Source of the DNA: Calditrichia bacterium
Lineage (GTDB): Bacteria; Calditrichota; Calditrichia; JAJRVZ01
Assembly (NCBI GenBank): GCA_963777955.1
Contig: CAVZSQ010000022.1
Span: forward strand, 448,001 to 512,000
DNA length: 64,000 bases
Direction: 5' to 3'
Shown: piece by piece, positions 1 through 10,787 of the stretch
Numbering within the stretch: the stretch's first letter is position 1
Layout of the letters: each line of letters starts with the position of its first letter
Translations under genes and position numbers: made by a program
The notes under the pieces: generated by a model
The model's database searches: none
The model's input: the letters and a program-made list of their open reading frames with translations, nothing else
What the model was told of the DNA's origin: nothing

Positions 1-353
1 TCGTCATCGGCCAGGAAGTGGGCCGGTTGCTGGGTGTACGCACCATGTTTTCAGAGCGCCAGGATGGTGTGATGGCCCTGCGCCGTGGTTTTACTATTGC
101 CGCGGGTGAAAAAGTACTGGTCTGCGAAGACGTGGTGACCACGGGAGGATCGGTGTTTGAAGTCATTGAGATTGTCAAAAAGGTAAAAGCGCAAATAGCC
201 GGAGTAGGATTTATCGTAGATCGCAGCGGTGGCAAAGTAAACTTTGGGTATGACCAGTACGCCGTGATTCAATTGTCTGCTCAAACCTATGATCCGGCAG
301 ATTGTCCCCTGTGTAAAACCAATGTACCGCTGGTCAAGCCCGGCAGCCGTTGA
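1..353 (+). CDS. pyrE: Orotate phosphoribosyltransferase, 5' end outside the window
   Basis: PRPP-binding motif [20 protein letters not shown] and C-terminal CPLC...KPGSR; the frame is open back to the window start. Confidence 0.9.
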   Translation, partial: VIGQEVGRLLGVRTMFSERQDGVMALRRGFTIAAGEKVLVCEDVVTTGGSVFEVIEIVKKVKAQIAGVGFIVDRSGGKVNFGYDQYAVIQLSAQTYDPADCPLCKTNVPLVKPGSR

Positions 354-465
354 TCGTTGGAAATTGACCGGTAGAAATAATGATGAATAAGCAGTGTTTA
401 AAATCCAGAGTTATAAATATGCTTTGTTTAACTGTTCAGACATTCATTGCAGCAGAGGAGAGGCC

Positions 466-1017
466 ATGCAGCGTTTATTCATATTACTTTTGGGGATCGT
501 TATGATGAGTTTTAGTTGTTCACCTAATCCGCAGGTGGTCATCCAGACCCGGCTGGGGGATATTGAAATTGAATTGTTTGCCGGGTCCGCACCCGGTCAT
601 GTGGCTAATTTTTTAAAACTGGTAGATCAGGAATTTTATGTGGGTACGACATTTCACCGGGTTATCCCCGGATTTGTAATCCAGGGCGGCGATCCGCTAA
701 GCAAGGATCAGGATCGCAGCAATGACGGTACGGGCGGACCGGGTTATACCGTTGCTGCTGAAATAAAATTGCCGCATGTATACGGAAGTGTCGCTGCGGC
801 CAGAATGGGCGATCAGGTCAATCCGGAAAGACGTTCCAGCGGCAGTCAGTTTTTTATTTGCCTGAACGATTTGCCCTCACTGGATCAAGGGGGTTATACC
901 GTTTTCGGTCAGGTGGTGCAGGGTATGGAAATTGCTGAAAAAATAGCAGCGTTATCAAAAGACGCCAGGGATAATCCGGTCCAGGTTGTAATAATGGAAA
1001 AGGTCTATCGTAAATAG
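466..1017 (+). CDS. Cyclophilin-type peptidyl-prolyl cis-trans isomerase, lipoprotein
   Basis: FHRVIPGFVIQGGDP, SGSQFFI and YTVFGQV motifs; ATG at 466 follows GGAGAGG; lipobox-like SFSC. Confidence 0.92.
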   Translation: MQRLFILLLGIVMMSFSCSPNPQVVIQTRLGDIEIELFAGSAPGHVANFLKLVDQEFYVGTTFHRVIPGFVIQGGDPLSKDQDRSNDGTGGPGYTVAAEIKLPHVYGSVAAARMGDQVNPERRSSGSQFFICLNDLPSLDQGGYTVFGQVVQGMEIAEKIAALSKDARDNPVQVVIMEKVYRK

Positions 1018-1025
1018 TACCGTAC

Positions 1026-2987
1026 ATGCGTATTGCTTTAACTATACTCATATTTTTTATTTCAAATGCTGCCTTACTTGCAAATTCAGGCCAGCGTTTC
1101 TGGGTATATTTCAAGGATAAGGGCGGTGTTGAACTCCATAAAACAGGCAGCATTAATAATCTGCCGCTAAGTGATCGATCTATCCAGCGGCGCATGAATC
1201 AGGGGAAGTCTCCGCTCTTTGATTATTCGGATCTACCGCTGGAAGCATCATATCTGCAGAAAATACGCGGCATGGGATTTATAATACACCAGCAGTCAAA
1301 ATGGTTTAATGCGGTGAGTGTAATGGCCACTGTCGCGGAGATTGAAAAATTATACCGGTTACCTTTTGTGCAAAAGATAGAAAAAGTACGCAGCCATCAT
1401 TTTAAAAACCAGGACAGGCTGGCTGACTCCGGTCAAATTTCTTTACCAAAAGTGCTGACAGATGAATATGGCCCGTCTGAAAATCAGAACAGGATGATCG
1501 GTATCCCGCAGGCACATCAAATAGGTTTTCATGGTGAAGGTGTAAGGATTGCCTTGTTCGATACCGGTTTTCTGTTACAGCATGACGCCTTACAACAGGT
1601 GCAGGTTATCGCCAGTTGGGATTTCATACAGGGTGACAGTATAGTTTCCAATCAAGGAACTGATGTCTCCAGCCAGCATAATCATGGTACGGAGATACTG
1701 TCTATCATCGCCGGATATAAACCAGGTTCGCTGATCGGGCCGGCCTATGCTGCAGAATTTCTGCTGGCTAAAACGGAGTTGGTAGGTTCTGAAACCCATC
1801 TGGAAGAGGATAACTGGGTAGCAGCGGCTGAGTGGGCCGATAGTATGGGTGCCGACATTATCTCGACATCGCTGGGTTACAGTACTTTTGATTCGGGGCA
1901 GGTGGATTATACTTATGCCGATATGAACGGCAATACAACCATCATCACCCGTGCCGCGGATCTGGCTGCCGGCAAAGGTATCGCAGTCTTTGCCTCGGCA
2001 GGAAACGAAGGCTCCAACTCCTGGTATTACATTACAGCACCGGCCGATGGTGACAGTGTTATTGCCGTGGGGGGAGTTCGTGCTGATGGTTCACACTGGC
2101 CAAGCAGTTCGTACGGCCCTAGCGCTGACGGCAGGATTAAACCGGACCTGCTGGCACAGGGGCAGTCGGTCTATTCGGTCAGTCCCACTTTAACGGACCG
2201 GTATATTTATATCTCGGGAACATCGGCTGCCTGCCCGCTGGCTGCAGGGGCAGCAGCCATATTGCTATCGGTTGATTCGACTATGACCGTGACACAATTA
2301 TATGAATTGATGAAATCAACGGCGTCCCAGGCGCAGAGTCCGGATAATACTATGGGTTACGGTTTAATCAATCTGGAAAGAAGTATTGCCCTGAAATTGG
2401 ACGGAAAGGTTGTACATTTATCCAATTTTACCTCTTATGCAGATCAGGGCCGCAATGTCTTAAACTGGACTGTGGACTCGATGCTGGGGATCAGGCAGTG
2501 GATTATTGAACGGCAAACAATCCCGGCAGAATTCCGTGAGATAGGCAGGTTGGAAATGCCGGTCGATCAGGTATATACGGCGAATTTAAGTTTTGTGGAT
2601 GTGGAAATTTCCGGCGGAGAATTCTGCCGGTATCGTCTGCAGGTTGAATTAATTGCCGGTAATGTTTTTGTTCTGGATACCCTGGTTGTGCAAAGTTCGC
2701 TACCCGGTCAAACCGATCTTTATCAAAATTTCCCGAATCCCTTTAATTCCACAACGCAGATTATATTCAGTCTGGACCGGCCGCAGCAGGTAATATTATC
2801 GATCTATGACGGGAACGGCAGAGTACTCCGGACCCTGGTTGATAATTCCAGGTTAGCAGCTGCATTTCATCATTATTACTGGGATGGAACCAGGGCTAAC
2901 GGGTCCCTGGCTGCCAGCGGAGTTTATTATATCGTACTTTCCACAGGTTCGGTTCACAAAGTAATTAAAAGTGTTTTTTTAAAATGA
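1026..2987 (+). CDS. Secreted S8 (subtilisin-family) serine protease with C-terminal FlgD-Ig-like domain
   Basis: Catalytic triad motifs FDTG, HGT and SGTSAACP; signal peptide; YQNFPNPFN...WDG C-terminal domain. Confidence 0.9.
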   Translation: MRIALTILIFFISNAALLANSGQRFWVYFKDKGGVELHKTGSINNLPLSDRSIQRRMNQGKSPLFDYSDLPLEASYLQKIRGMGFIIHQQSKWFNAVSVMATVAEIEKLYRLPFVQKIEKVRSHHFKNQDRLADSGQISLPKVLTDEYGPSENQNRMIGIPQAHQIGFHGEGVRIALFDTGFLLQHDALQQVQVIASWDFIQGDSIVSNQGTDVSSQHNHGTEILSIIAGYKPGSLIGPAYAAEFLLAKTELVGSETHLEEDNWVAAAEWADSMGADIISTSLGYSTFDSGQVDYTYADMNGNTTIITRAADLAAGKGIAVFASAGNEGSNSWYYITAPADGDSVIAVGGVRADGSHWPSSSYGPSADGRIKPDLLAQGQSVYSVSPTLTDRYIYISGTSAACPLAAGAAAILLSVDSTMTVTQLYELMKSTASQAQSPDNTMGYGLINLERSIALKLDGKVVHLSNFTSYADQGRNVLNWTVDSMLGIRQWIIERQTIPAEFREIGRLEMPVDQVYTANLSFVDVEISGGEFCRYRLQVELIAGNVFVLDTLVVQSSLPGQTDLYQNFPNPFNSTTQIIFSLDRPQQVILSIYDGNGRVLRTLVDNSRLAAAFHHYYWDGTRANGSLAASGVYYIVLSTGSVHKVIKSVFLK

Positions 2988-3092
2988 AACATTTCAGTTA
3001 TTTAAGCTTATATTGTGATAGAAAAAAAGAAGTAATACCTTGGCAGGTAATACCTTAGCAGGTATTAGTAATAATCATAAAAAGGAGTATTA

Positions 3093-3434
3093 ATGATGGA
3101 AGGTAAAACACTTTGGGAGAATCTGAAAAAAGGTTTGGAACAGGGGATCAAAACCATCACCGAAAAGACCGAGGAATTAACAGAGATGGGGCGGTTAAAA
3201 TTGGAGATTATGTCGTTAAAGCGGGAAATTGAAAAGGATTTTGTCGAACTGGGTGGCAGAATATATCAGATGATTAAAGAAAATAAAGGCGGGAACTTAA
3301 CTCAGAATTCCGAAATTCAAACCTTGGTAGAAAAAGTTAAAACCGAGGAAAAAAAGTTGGATGAGTACAATCAAAAATGGGAAAAGATGACAAAAGATAA
3401 ACCTAAAGGGCAGGAAAATACAGAAAATCCTTAA
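3093..3434 (+). CDS. Hypothetical coiled-coil protein
   Basis: AAGGAG RBS; charged helical sequence; no recognisable catalytic motif. Confidence 0.7.
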   Translation: MMEGKTLWENLKKGLEQGIKTITEKTEELTEMGRLKLEIMSLKREIEKDFVELGGRIYQMIKENKGGNLTQNSEIQTLVEKVKTEEKKLDEYNQKWEKMTKDKPKGQENTENP

Positions 3435-3712
3435 TAAAAAGTCAAAATTTGTTAAACTTTTGTGCTAAATTTCTATTAAATTGGTGAAATATTATATTGT
3501 TAAGTTGCGTTTACTATGTCGTTTATCAGAATCAAGCAGCAATACTGGAAATTAACCGGTAGACCATGACCTGGTTGTCTGGCCTTAGACGCAATTTATC
3601 ATGGTGCTTTATCGAAGATACTATCCTGGAGCTTTCCGCAGAAGCCAGGTTACCGTCGACGGATGAATGTACCAATCAGAAATAGAATTTAAACTTAACC
3701 AAGGTGAATTAA

Positions 3713-4558
3713 GTGAGCGATTTTTTTATCAGTAAAAATCAATCCCTGGAAAACTATTTGCGCGAGATTGGTGAGGTACAGTTATTAACGCCGGCTGAAG
3801 AGATAGAATTAGCCAAGAAGATCAAGAAGAATGATCAGCGTTCACTGAAACGTCTGGTCAGTGCCAATCTGCGATTTGTGGTCAGTGTTGCCAAATCTTA
3901 TCAGAATTACGGATTGTCGCTGGAAGATTTGATCAATGAAGGTAATCTGGGACTGATGAAAGCGGCTTATCGTTTTGATGAAACCCGCGGATTTAAGTTT
4001 ATCTCCTATGCGGTGTGGTGGATCAAACAATCGATTCTGCAGGCAATTGCCGAACAATCCCGTTTAGTCAGGTTACCATTGAACCGGGTGGGAACCCTGA
4101 CCAAAATAGGCAAAGTATACAGCATGCTGGAACAGGAATTCGAACGCGAACCGACACCGGAAGAGATCGCCAATGTTCTGGAAGTTGAAAGCGGTGATAT
4201 CTCAGATACCATCAAGATGGCGACCCGGTCTGTTTCGATGGATTCGCCCTTGCAGCGCAACAGTGACAGCCGCTTAATCGATATCATCCAGAATCAACAG
4301 GATCCCGAACCGGATTCGGAAGTCATGGGTGAATCATTAAAGGAAGAAGTCAATCATATTCTGAATACTCTGACTGCCCGCGAAGCAAAAATACTGAAAT
4401 TATATTTTGGACTGGATGGTGAAAAACCGCATACTCTGGAAGAAATAGGTGTAAAATTCAAATTAACCCGTGAACGGGTGCGCCAGATCAAAGAGAAAGC
4501 ATTGCGGCGCCTTCGCCACAGTTCGCGCAGCAAGGTGTTACGCTATTATTTAGGTTAA
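3713..4558 (+). CDS. rpoD: RpoD/SigA-family sigma-70 factor, short FCB type without region 1.1
   Basis: YLREIG (region 1.2), [21 protein letters not shown] (2.3/2.4), TLEEIG...TRERVRQI (4.2). Confidence 0.9.
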   Translation: MSDFFISKNQSLENYLREIGEVQLLTPAEEIELAKKIKKNDQRSLKRLVSANLRFVVSVAKSYQNYGLSLEDLINEGNLGLMKAAYRFDETRGFKFISYAVWWIKQSILQAIAEQSRLVRLPLNRVGTLTKIGKVYSMLEQEFEREPTPEEIANVLEVESGDISDTIKMATRSVSMDSPLQRNSDSRLIDIIQNQQDPEPDSEVMGESLKEEVNHILNTLTAREAKILKLYFGLDGEKPHTLEEIGVKFKLTRERVRQIKEKALRRLRHSSRSKVLRYYLG

Positions 4559-4583
4559 AATTGCAGTAACTTATAATCGCTTG

Positions 4584-4607
4584 AAACCCCTCTGAACGAG
4601 GGGTTTT
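4584..4607 (+). terminator. Rho-independent terminator
   Basis: AAACCCCTC-TGAAC-GAGGGGTTTT hairpin just after the sigma-factor stop codon. Confidence 0.8.
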
Positions 4608-4685
4608 AATTTAATTCAAAACACATCCAAATTTTTTATATACTCTCCGTTTTTTACTGTTATTATTAAATTCAGGAGGATTCCT

Positions 4686-6170
4686 GTGATAGGTGGGAGA
4701 CCGGGGTACTGGTACAGCATCCTGATTTCTGTTTTTTGTCTCGAGTTTCTCAGCGCACAGGATTTCAATCAGTTATCCAATGGTGCGATTAAGACGGTGG
4801 AAGTGAAAATCGGGACTTTTCTTGGCGATGCACAACGCAATTATTATGGCAACGAGGCGCCAGCAGCATTACGGGTACACTGGAAAAAGTACCTGGGAAA
4901 AGGTAAAACCGTTGTGTCAAAAAAAGCGGGAGAAAAGTTATGGGCCGGCAGCGGCTGGACCGGTCAACCTTTGCTGGTATATGAAGACGGGCATCCGTTT
5001 CTGATTCAGGGTGCTTTTGATCATAAGTTAAAAAAAATTGATGCTCAGCAGGGTGATATTTGCTGGCAGTATAGTTTTGATGATGTGATCAAGGGCACCG
5101 GCACCATCTGGTTGAATAATAAGGCCGCCACACTGGAAGAAAGCATTGTGATCCTGCAGGGTAGTCGTTATGGCTACGGCAATGAATTTTATGCCAGGAA
5201 TATACCCAGTTACCGGGCGGTATCCTATTTTTCCGGCAAAGAAATCTGGCGCATGAATGTCAGGCAAACGGCGAGTTATAGCCGTGATGTCGATGGCTCT
5301 GCCGTAGTTTTGAATGATACGGCTTACATCGGTCTGGAGAATGGTATTTTTGTGATTTTTAATCCGGCACCGTCCGGCGTAACGAAGATCAACCGGTTAC
5401 TGCAACCCCAGGTATACAAGGAGGTGCAACTATTCGAGCGCCAGGACATCATCAGGCACGGAGGGAATCTGGTTATTGAGTCTTCGCCCTGTGTGTTCAA
5501 CCAGCATGTATATATCACTTCGGGATCCGGGCATGTCTACGGTTATAATCTGCAGAGCGGAACAGTTGACTGGGATTATTATATCGGTGCCGACCTGGAC
5601 GGATCTCCGGTCGTTACTGCGGACAGTTGCCTGCTGGTTACCGTTGAGAAGCAATACATTGCCGGTTATGGCGGCGTATTAAAACTTGATCCCAGGCAGG
5701 AGCCACGGCAGTCGGTGGTGTGGTTTTTCCCGACCGGTAATGATACACTGGAGAGTTGGGCGGGGGGTGTAATCGGTTCTGCCGGAATCAACGACCGGAC
5801 TAAAATTTCCAGCGATCAGAATCTTTGTGCATTTACCGGCATTGACGGCTATCTCTATGTGGTGAACCATCGGGAACTTGATCAGCAGCAGGGTAAAATT
5901 CCCGGACCGGACGGCAAAGGATCATATTCACAGCCACGCCTGGTTTTTAAAAAAGAAATCTATCCGTCGATTTCCACGCCGATCATGGTAGGACGCAAAC
6001 TCATTGCCGCCGGTTATGGCGGGTTATATCTTTTTGAGTATGATGCAGAATTAAATTTCAAATTACTGGCCAGATGGATTAAAAGTGCCTTCGAATCCAC
6101 TCCAATTGTTTTCGACAGGAAAATATATCTTGGCGCACGGGATGGTTATCTGTACTGTTTTGGTGATTGA
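4686..6170 (+). CDS. PQQ-like beta-propeller repeat protein, secreted
   Basis: Repeated ESSP/DGSP/ESTP and 'GARDGYLYCFG' propeller-blade motifs; signal peptide. Confidence 0.7.
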   Translation: MIGGRPGYWYSILISVFCLEFLSAQDFNQLSNGAIKTVEVKIGTFLGDAQRNYYGNEAPAALRVHWKKYLGKGKTVVSKKAGEKLWAGSGWTGQPLLVYEDGHPFLIQGAFDHKLKKIDAQQGDICWQYSFDDVIKGTGTIWLNNKAATLEESIVILQGSRYGYGNEFYARNIPSYRAVSYFSGKEIWRMNVRQTASYSRDVDGSAVVLNDTAYIGLENGIFVIFNPAPSGVTKINRLLQPQVYKEVQLFERQDIIRHGGNLVIESSPCVFNQHVYITSGSGHVYGYNLQSGTVDWDYYIGADLDGSPVVTADSCLLVTVEKQYIAGYGGVLKLDPRQEPRQSVVWFFPTGNDTLESWAGGVIGSAGINDRTKISSDQNLCAFTGIDGYLYVVNHRELDQQQGKIPGPDGKGSYSQPRLVFKKEIYPSISTPIMVGRKLIAAGYGGLYLFEYDAELNFKLLARWIKSAFESTPIVFDRKIYLGARDGYLYCFGD

Positions 6171-6432
6171 TCGAACCAGGTCATGTAAAAAAAATAAAAA
6201 AAATGCTAATAATTTGGATTTAATGTCGAAAATATAGTAAAAATGTAAACGAACGTAAAACTGACGGCTGAACAGAAACTGAAATGGGTGATAGTGTAAA
6301 GCATTACTTTAAATTTTTATCGACGGGAAGCGAAATAATGCTTGACAAAATCTTTGTTTTTAAATACTTTTTAACGTTTTATGTAACCCACCTGCAATCA
6401 CATGGTTTTCTGGAGTGTATTAGAAAAGGGGC

Positions 6433-7401
6433 TTGAAGTTGCTAAAGAATGAGACGACGTTAATTCTGGTTACAAAAGACGAAACCAAGTTCAGGCAATT
6501 TAGTATTACCGGCAAAAAAATATTAATTTTTGTCGGCGGTTTCATTCTTCTTTTCCTGCTGGTCGGTAATTATACCATCGATTTTTTGCTTAATTTCCGT
6601 TACGATTCCAAAGTTGAAATGCTGGAACGCAATAACCGTTTCCTGAAGAGGCAGTTGGATGAGATGTCTGTCAAGGTTGATAAACTGAACGGACAACTAT
6701 CTACCGTCGAGAGCAGGGATGATGAGATCCGGATGATCATGGGTCTCAAGGAGATGGACAATGATGTCCGTAATGTGGGAATCGGAGGATCTGAATTTAA
6801 TTACGATGTTTCTGAAAACATGATCGAGGCGGGGGTAGCTGAAAAAGCGAATGAGCAGATGGTGTTACTGGATAAACTGGAGCGTGAAGTAAAACTCGAA
6901 TTGCAGAGTTATAATGACCTGATAGCAACTTACAATGCCAAAGAGGATAGTCTGCGGCATATGCCGGCCCTGCATCCGGTGCTGGCCGGGCGGGTGACCT
7001 CGGATTTTGGTATGCGTCTTCACCCGATTCTCAAGCGTTACCGTCATCATCCGGGAGTTGATTTTTCCGCGAAAGTAGGAACTCCCATCTATGCCGCTGC
7101 CGACGGAATAGTAAAATATGCCGGTTACAACGGCGGATATGGACGTTGTGTTTTTCTGGATCATCTATACGGATTTGAAACCAAGTACGGCCATATGCAG
7201 CAGATCCTGGTGCGTTCCGGGCAGCGTGTTAAACGCGGCGACCGGATCGGGCTGGTGGGCAAGACCGGTTTAGCTACCGCTCCGCACCTGCATTTTGAAG
7301 TACACTTCAGGGGTCAGGAAGTCAATCCTGAACTCTACTTTTTTGATGATCTGACGCTGAACCGTACGGTAATCAATCCCACGCCGGCAGAAACAAATTA
7401 A
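6433..7401 (+). CDS. M23-family peptidoglycan endopeptidase with N-terminal TM and coiled coil
   Basis: HPGVD and PHLHFEV zinc motifs. Confidence 0.9.
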   Translation: MKLLKNETTLILVTKDETKFRQFSITGKKILIFVGGFILLFLLVGNYTIDFLLNFRYDSKVEMLERNNRFLKRQLDEMSVKVDKLNGQLSTVESRDDEIRMIMGLKEMDNDVRNVGIGGSEFNYDVSENMIEAGVAEKANEQMVLLDKLEREVKLELQSYNDLIATYNAKEDSLRHMPALHPVLAGRVTSDFGMRLHPILKRYRHHPGVDFSAKVGTPIYAAADGIVKYAGYNGGYGRCVFLDHLYGFETKYGHMQQILVRSGQRVKRGDRIGLVGKTGLATAPHLHFEVHFRGQEVNPELYFFDDLTLNRTVINPTPAETN

Positions 7402-7409
7402 TATTTTTT

Positions 7410-7437
7410 TGATATATTATTGAGACTGAGTCGCAAT
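7410..7437 (+). promoter_or_regulatory. Extended -10 promoter with adjacent 19-bp Fur-box-like palindrome
   Basis: TGnTATATT at 7410-7418 directly followed by ATTGAGACT-G-AGTCGCAAT (9-1-9, one mismatch), 9 bp before the fur ATG. Confidence 0.6.
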
Positions 7438-7446
7438 ATCGATTGT

Positions 7447-7911
7447 ATGGCACTGACGGCAACTGAAATATTTTACGAATACCTGAAAAAACGGGAACTG
7501 AGAAATACCGCGGAACGCTTTACCATCCTGGAAGAAATTATCCGTATACAGAAGCATTTCGAAGCAGATACTCTGCTGCTCAGGCTTAAAACCAGGCATA
7601 AAAAAATTTCACGCGCCACCATCTACCGTACCCTGGAGTTGCTGATTGACTGCGGCCTGGTCAGGAGGATTAATTTTAATGCACCGGCCCCGCAGACCTT
7701 TTATGAACCGATAATCCCCGCCGCCGGTCTCAGCGGACACGACCATTTCATCTGCCAGGAATGCGGTAAAATAATTGAGTTTTATGATGAGCGGCTAAAA
7801 AAAATTCAGGTTAATCTGCAGGCGACTTACCATATGGAAGTGCTGCAGTATAGTTACCACCTTTATGGCCGCTGTGCGGCCTGCAAGAATAAACGAAGCC
7901 TGCGGCAATGA
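7447..7911 (+). CDS. fur: Fur-family transcriptional regulator
   Basis: ISRATIYRTL, HDHFICQECG and C-terminal CAAC; likely ATG start at 7447. Confidence 0.88.
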   Translation: MALTATEIFYEYLKKRELRNTAERFTILEEIIRIQKHFEADTLLLRLKTRHKKISRATIYRTLELLIDCGLVRRINFNAPAPQTFYEPIIPAAGLSGHDHFICQECGKIIEFYDERLKKIQVNLQATYHMEVLQYSYHLYGRCAACKNKRSLRQ

Positions 7912-9899
7912 AATGGCCTAAACTAAAAGCAAAATCCACGGAACGGATTCTTGCTGCAAATGCCAAACCCGTAATTACCCTGGTCGGCAATCCCAACGTC
8001 GGTAAAAGCGTGATCTTTTCCATCCTGACCGGAAAATATGTGACGGTGTCCAATTATCCGGGCACCACTATTGAAATCAACCGTGCCGAAGGCAAAATAG
8101 AAAAACAGCGGGTGATTTTTATCGATACCCCGGGGATCAATAACTTGATACCATCATCAGAGGAAGAACGGGTTACCCGGGATATCCTGCTACAGGAACC
8201 GATAGCAGCCGTCCTGCAAATCGGAGACAGTAAAAATCTCAAACGGGCCCTGTTTCTATCCCTGCAACTGGCTGAATTGGGACTGCCCTTCGTCCTGAAT
8301 CTGAATATGCTAGACGAACTGTCCGACACAGGATTAAAAATTGATCTGGCGAAATTATCCGCCATCCTGGGTGTGGGAGTCAACGGGACTACCGCTATCA
8401 GAAAAATCGGCACGGATAAGATTTCCAGACTTTTGCATAATCCCCGCCGGAGTACACTAAATCCGGTTTACCCGGTATTTATCGAACAGGCGATCGAGCA
8501 GATCGTTCCGTTGCTCCCGGATCTTTCGATCTCCAAACGCGCCCTGGCTATCATGCTGCTGATCCAGGATGAGAGTTTGACTGACTGGGTCCAGGAAAAT
8601 CTTAACCGGCAGCAAATCGACAGTTTACGCGAGATCATCAGGGTCGTGAGTAAAAAAATCTCTACACCCCTTAATTTTATCATAACGCAAAGCCGCTATC
8701 AGCAGGTAGATACAATTTACGCCGAAGTTACGCAGGCCGGCAGAAAGCGCGGTTATACTTTTATGAACCGTCTGGATCATTATCTGATCCATCCCTGCTG
8801 GGGACTGCCCAGCCTGTTGCTGGCTCTGTACCTGGCCTACCAGTTTGTCGGCGTGCTGGGAGCAGGTATCCTGGTCGATTTTATGCAGAATACTGTTTTT
8901 AATAAATATATCAATCCACTGGCCAGCTCACTCCTGGCCCAAATAACCTCCCAGCCTTTACTGACGGATTTCCTGGTGGGCGATTACGGTATGATTACAA
9001 TGGCGCTGACCTATGGGTTTGCCATAGTTCTGCCTATTGTCACTACCTTCTTTATTTTATTCGGGATCATGGAAGACTCGGGCTATCTGCCGCGCCTGGC
9101 CATGCTGGTGAATAATGTATTTAAAATATTCGGTTTGAATGGTAAAGCGGTTTTACCGATGGTACTGGGTCTGGGTTGTGATACAATGGCAACCATGTCG
9201 GCCAGAATCCTGGAAACCCGCCGGGAACGGATCATTGTCACACTGTTGCTGGCCCTGGGCGTACCCTGTTCTGCACAATTGGGAATTGTTCTGGGCATGA
9301 CAGTTTTATTACCGTGGTATGCTGCTCTAATCTGGATAGCGGTCATTCTAATGTCGATGATACTGGTAGGGTACCTGTCCTCAAGAATAATTCCCGGAAA
9401 AAATTCTGATTTTATTATTGAGTTGCCACCCCTGCGTCTGCCGCAATTCAGCAATATACTGGTCAAAACAATAGCGCGGCTGGAGTGGTATGGCAAAGAA
9501 GTTATTCCCCTGTTTATGCTGGGCACCCTGATCCTGTTTATATTTTCTAAAATTAATGTGCTGGTTTACCTGGAGCAGGCAGCTGCTCCGCTGGTTCAGC
9601 AATTTCTTGGATTGCCGGCCAAGGCCACCGAGGCTTTCATTATCGGTTTCCTGCGCCGGGACTATGGAGCTGCGGGTTTATATGCCATGGCCAGTAACGG
9701 CGGGTTGAATCCGCAGCAGATCCTGGTCAGCATGATCACCATAACTTTATTTATGCCCTGCCTGGCTAACTTTCTGATGATCATCAAAGAATTGGGTTGG
9801 AAAATTGCCACAGGTATGGCTGCATTCATTATACCATTCGCTTTTTTAATAGGCGGATGTGTCAATTATTTGATCGCGATTTTAGGAATACCCTTATGA
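7908..9899 (+). CDS. feoB: Ferrous iron transporter FeoB
   Basis: GNPNVGKS, NYPGTT and DTPG G-domain motifs; EDSGYLPR, GLGC and PCSAQ gate motifs; multiple TM segments. Confidence 0.95.
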   Translation: MKWPKLKAKSTERILAANAKPVITLVGNPNVGKSVIFSILTGKYVTVSNYPGTTIEINRAEGKIEKQRVIFIDTPGINNLIPSSEEERVTRDILLQEPIAAVLQIGDSKNLKRALFLSLQLAELGLPFVLNLNMLDELSDTGLKIDLAKLSAILGVGVNGTTAIRKIGTDKISRLLHNPRRSTLNPVYPVFIEQAIEQIVPLLPDLSISKRALAIMLLIQDESLTDWVQENLNRQQIDSLREIIRVVSKKISTPLNFIITQSRYQQVDTIYAEVTQAGRKRGYTFMNRLDHYLIHPCWGLPSLLLALYLAYQFVGVLGAGILVDFMQNTVFNKYINPLASSLLAQITSQPLLTDFLVGDYGMITMALTYGFAIVLPIVTTFFILFGIMEDSGYLPRLAMLVNNVFKIFGLNGKAVLPMVLGLGCDTMATMSARILETRRERIIVTLLLALGVPCSAQLGIVLGMTVLLPWYAALIWIAVILMSMILVGYLSSRIIPGKNSDFIIELPPLRLPQFSNILVKTIARLEWYGKEVIPLFMLGTLILFIFSKINVLVYLEQAAAPLVQQFLGLPAKATEAFIIGFLRRDYGAAGLYAMASNGGLNPQQILVSMITITLFMPCLANFLMIIKELGWKIATGMAAFIIPFAFLIGGCVNYLIAILGIPL

Positions 9900-10087
9900 C
9901 CTGTCCGCTCTGTGGCTATAAGTTCACCGATTATAAAATTGTCTGTGCGTCGTGTCCGCTGCACTCAAACTGTAAAATAATCTGCTGTCCGAATTGTGGT
10001 TATCAATTTCCTCTGGATTCGCAGTTGGTCACCCGATTAAAATCATTTTTTTTACGGAGAAAAAAAGATGTCCCAGCAGATGAATGA
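9896..10087 (+). CDS. Small Cys-rich protein in the feo operon
   Basis: MTCPLCG...CASCPLHSNCKIICCPNCGY; ATGA overlap with the feoB stop and overlap with the next start. Confidence 0.75.
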   Translation: MTCPLCGYKFTDYKIVCASCPLHSNCKIICCPNCGYQFPLDSQLVTRLKSFFLRRKKDVPADE

Positions 10088-10733
10088 AGAAATCCTGGAA
10101 TTAATCTGGACCATGGGCGAAGAAGGAATCACTGCCGTGAATCAGATCATACAGCACAGCGGGGAGAAAGATACCGAAAAAATACTGTCGACCCTGAAGC
10201 GCCAGCATCTGATCACACTGCCGGAAGAACAGGTCCTGTTGACCACGGCCGGTGAAAAATATGCGGAAAAAATTGTCCGGCGCCATCGTTTGGCCGAACG
10301 CCTGTTCAAAGATGTTTTCAAGATCGCCGAAGGCTTGATGGAAAAGGAAGCCTGTACCTGGGAACATGTACTGAGTGAAGAAGTTACCGATAGTGTCTGT
10401 TCATTTCTGGGCCACCCCAAAGTCTGCCCGCATAATAAACCTATTCCCCCGGGGAATTGTTGTTTTACCTACACATCTGAAAAATCAATAGCACCGCTGG
10501 TACAACCCCTGTCAATCGCCAAGGTCGGCAGTAAAGTAAAAGTCGCCTATATTCTGCCGGGACTGTTGCGCAGGTTGGATCGATTGACAACCATGGGTAT
10601 CTTCCCCGGAGCTATTATCGGCATCAAACAGAAGCAACCGGCGCTGGTGGTAACCTGCCAGGAAACGACTATTGCCCTGGATAAGGCAGTCGGGATGGAG
10701 ATCTTTGTGATTGGGGTGAATGAGGAGGGATAA
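10068..10733 (+). CDS. DtxR/MntR-family metal-dependent repressor with C-terminal FeoA domain
   Basis: RRHRLAERL, EACTWEH, LGHPKVCPHNKPIP; FeoA-like RLTTMGIFPG. Confidence 0.9.
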   Translation: MSQQMNEEILELIWTMGEEGITAVNQIIQHSGEKDTEKILSTLKRQHLITLPEEQVLLTTAGEKYAEKIVRRHRLAERLFKDVFKIAEGLMEKEACTWEHVLSEEVTDSVCSFLGHPKVCPHNKPIPPGNCCFTYTSEKSIAPLVQPLSIAKVGSKVKVAYILPGLLRRLDRLTTMGIFPGAIIGIKQKQPALVVTCQETTIALDKAVGMEIFVIGVNEEG

Positions 10734-10787
10734 TACAATTTTTAATTCCTCCTTGAACCATATGATTTAGACTATTATTTTTGTACG

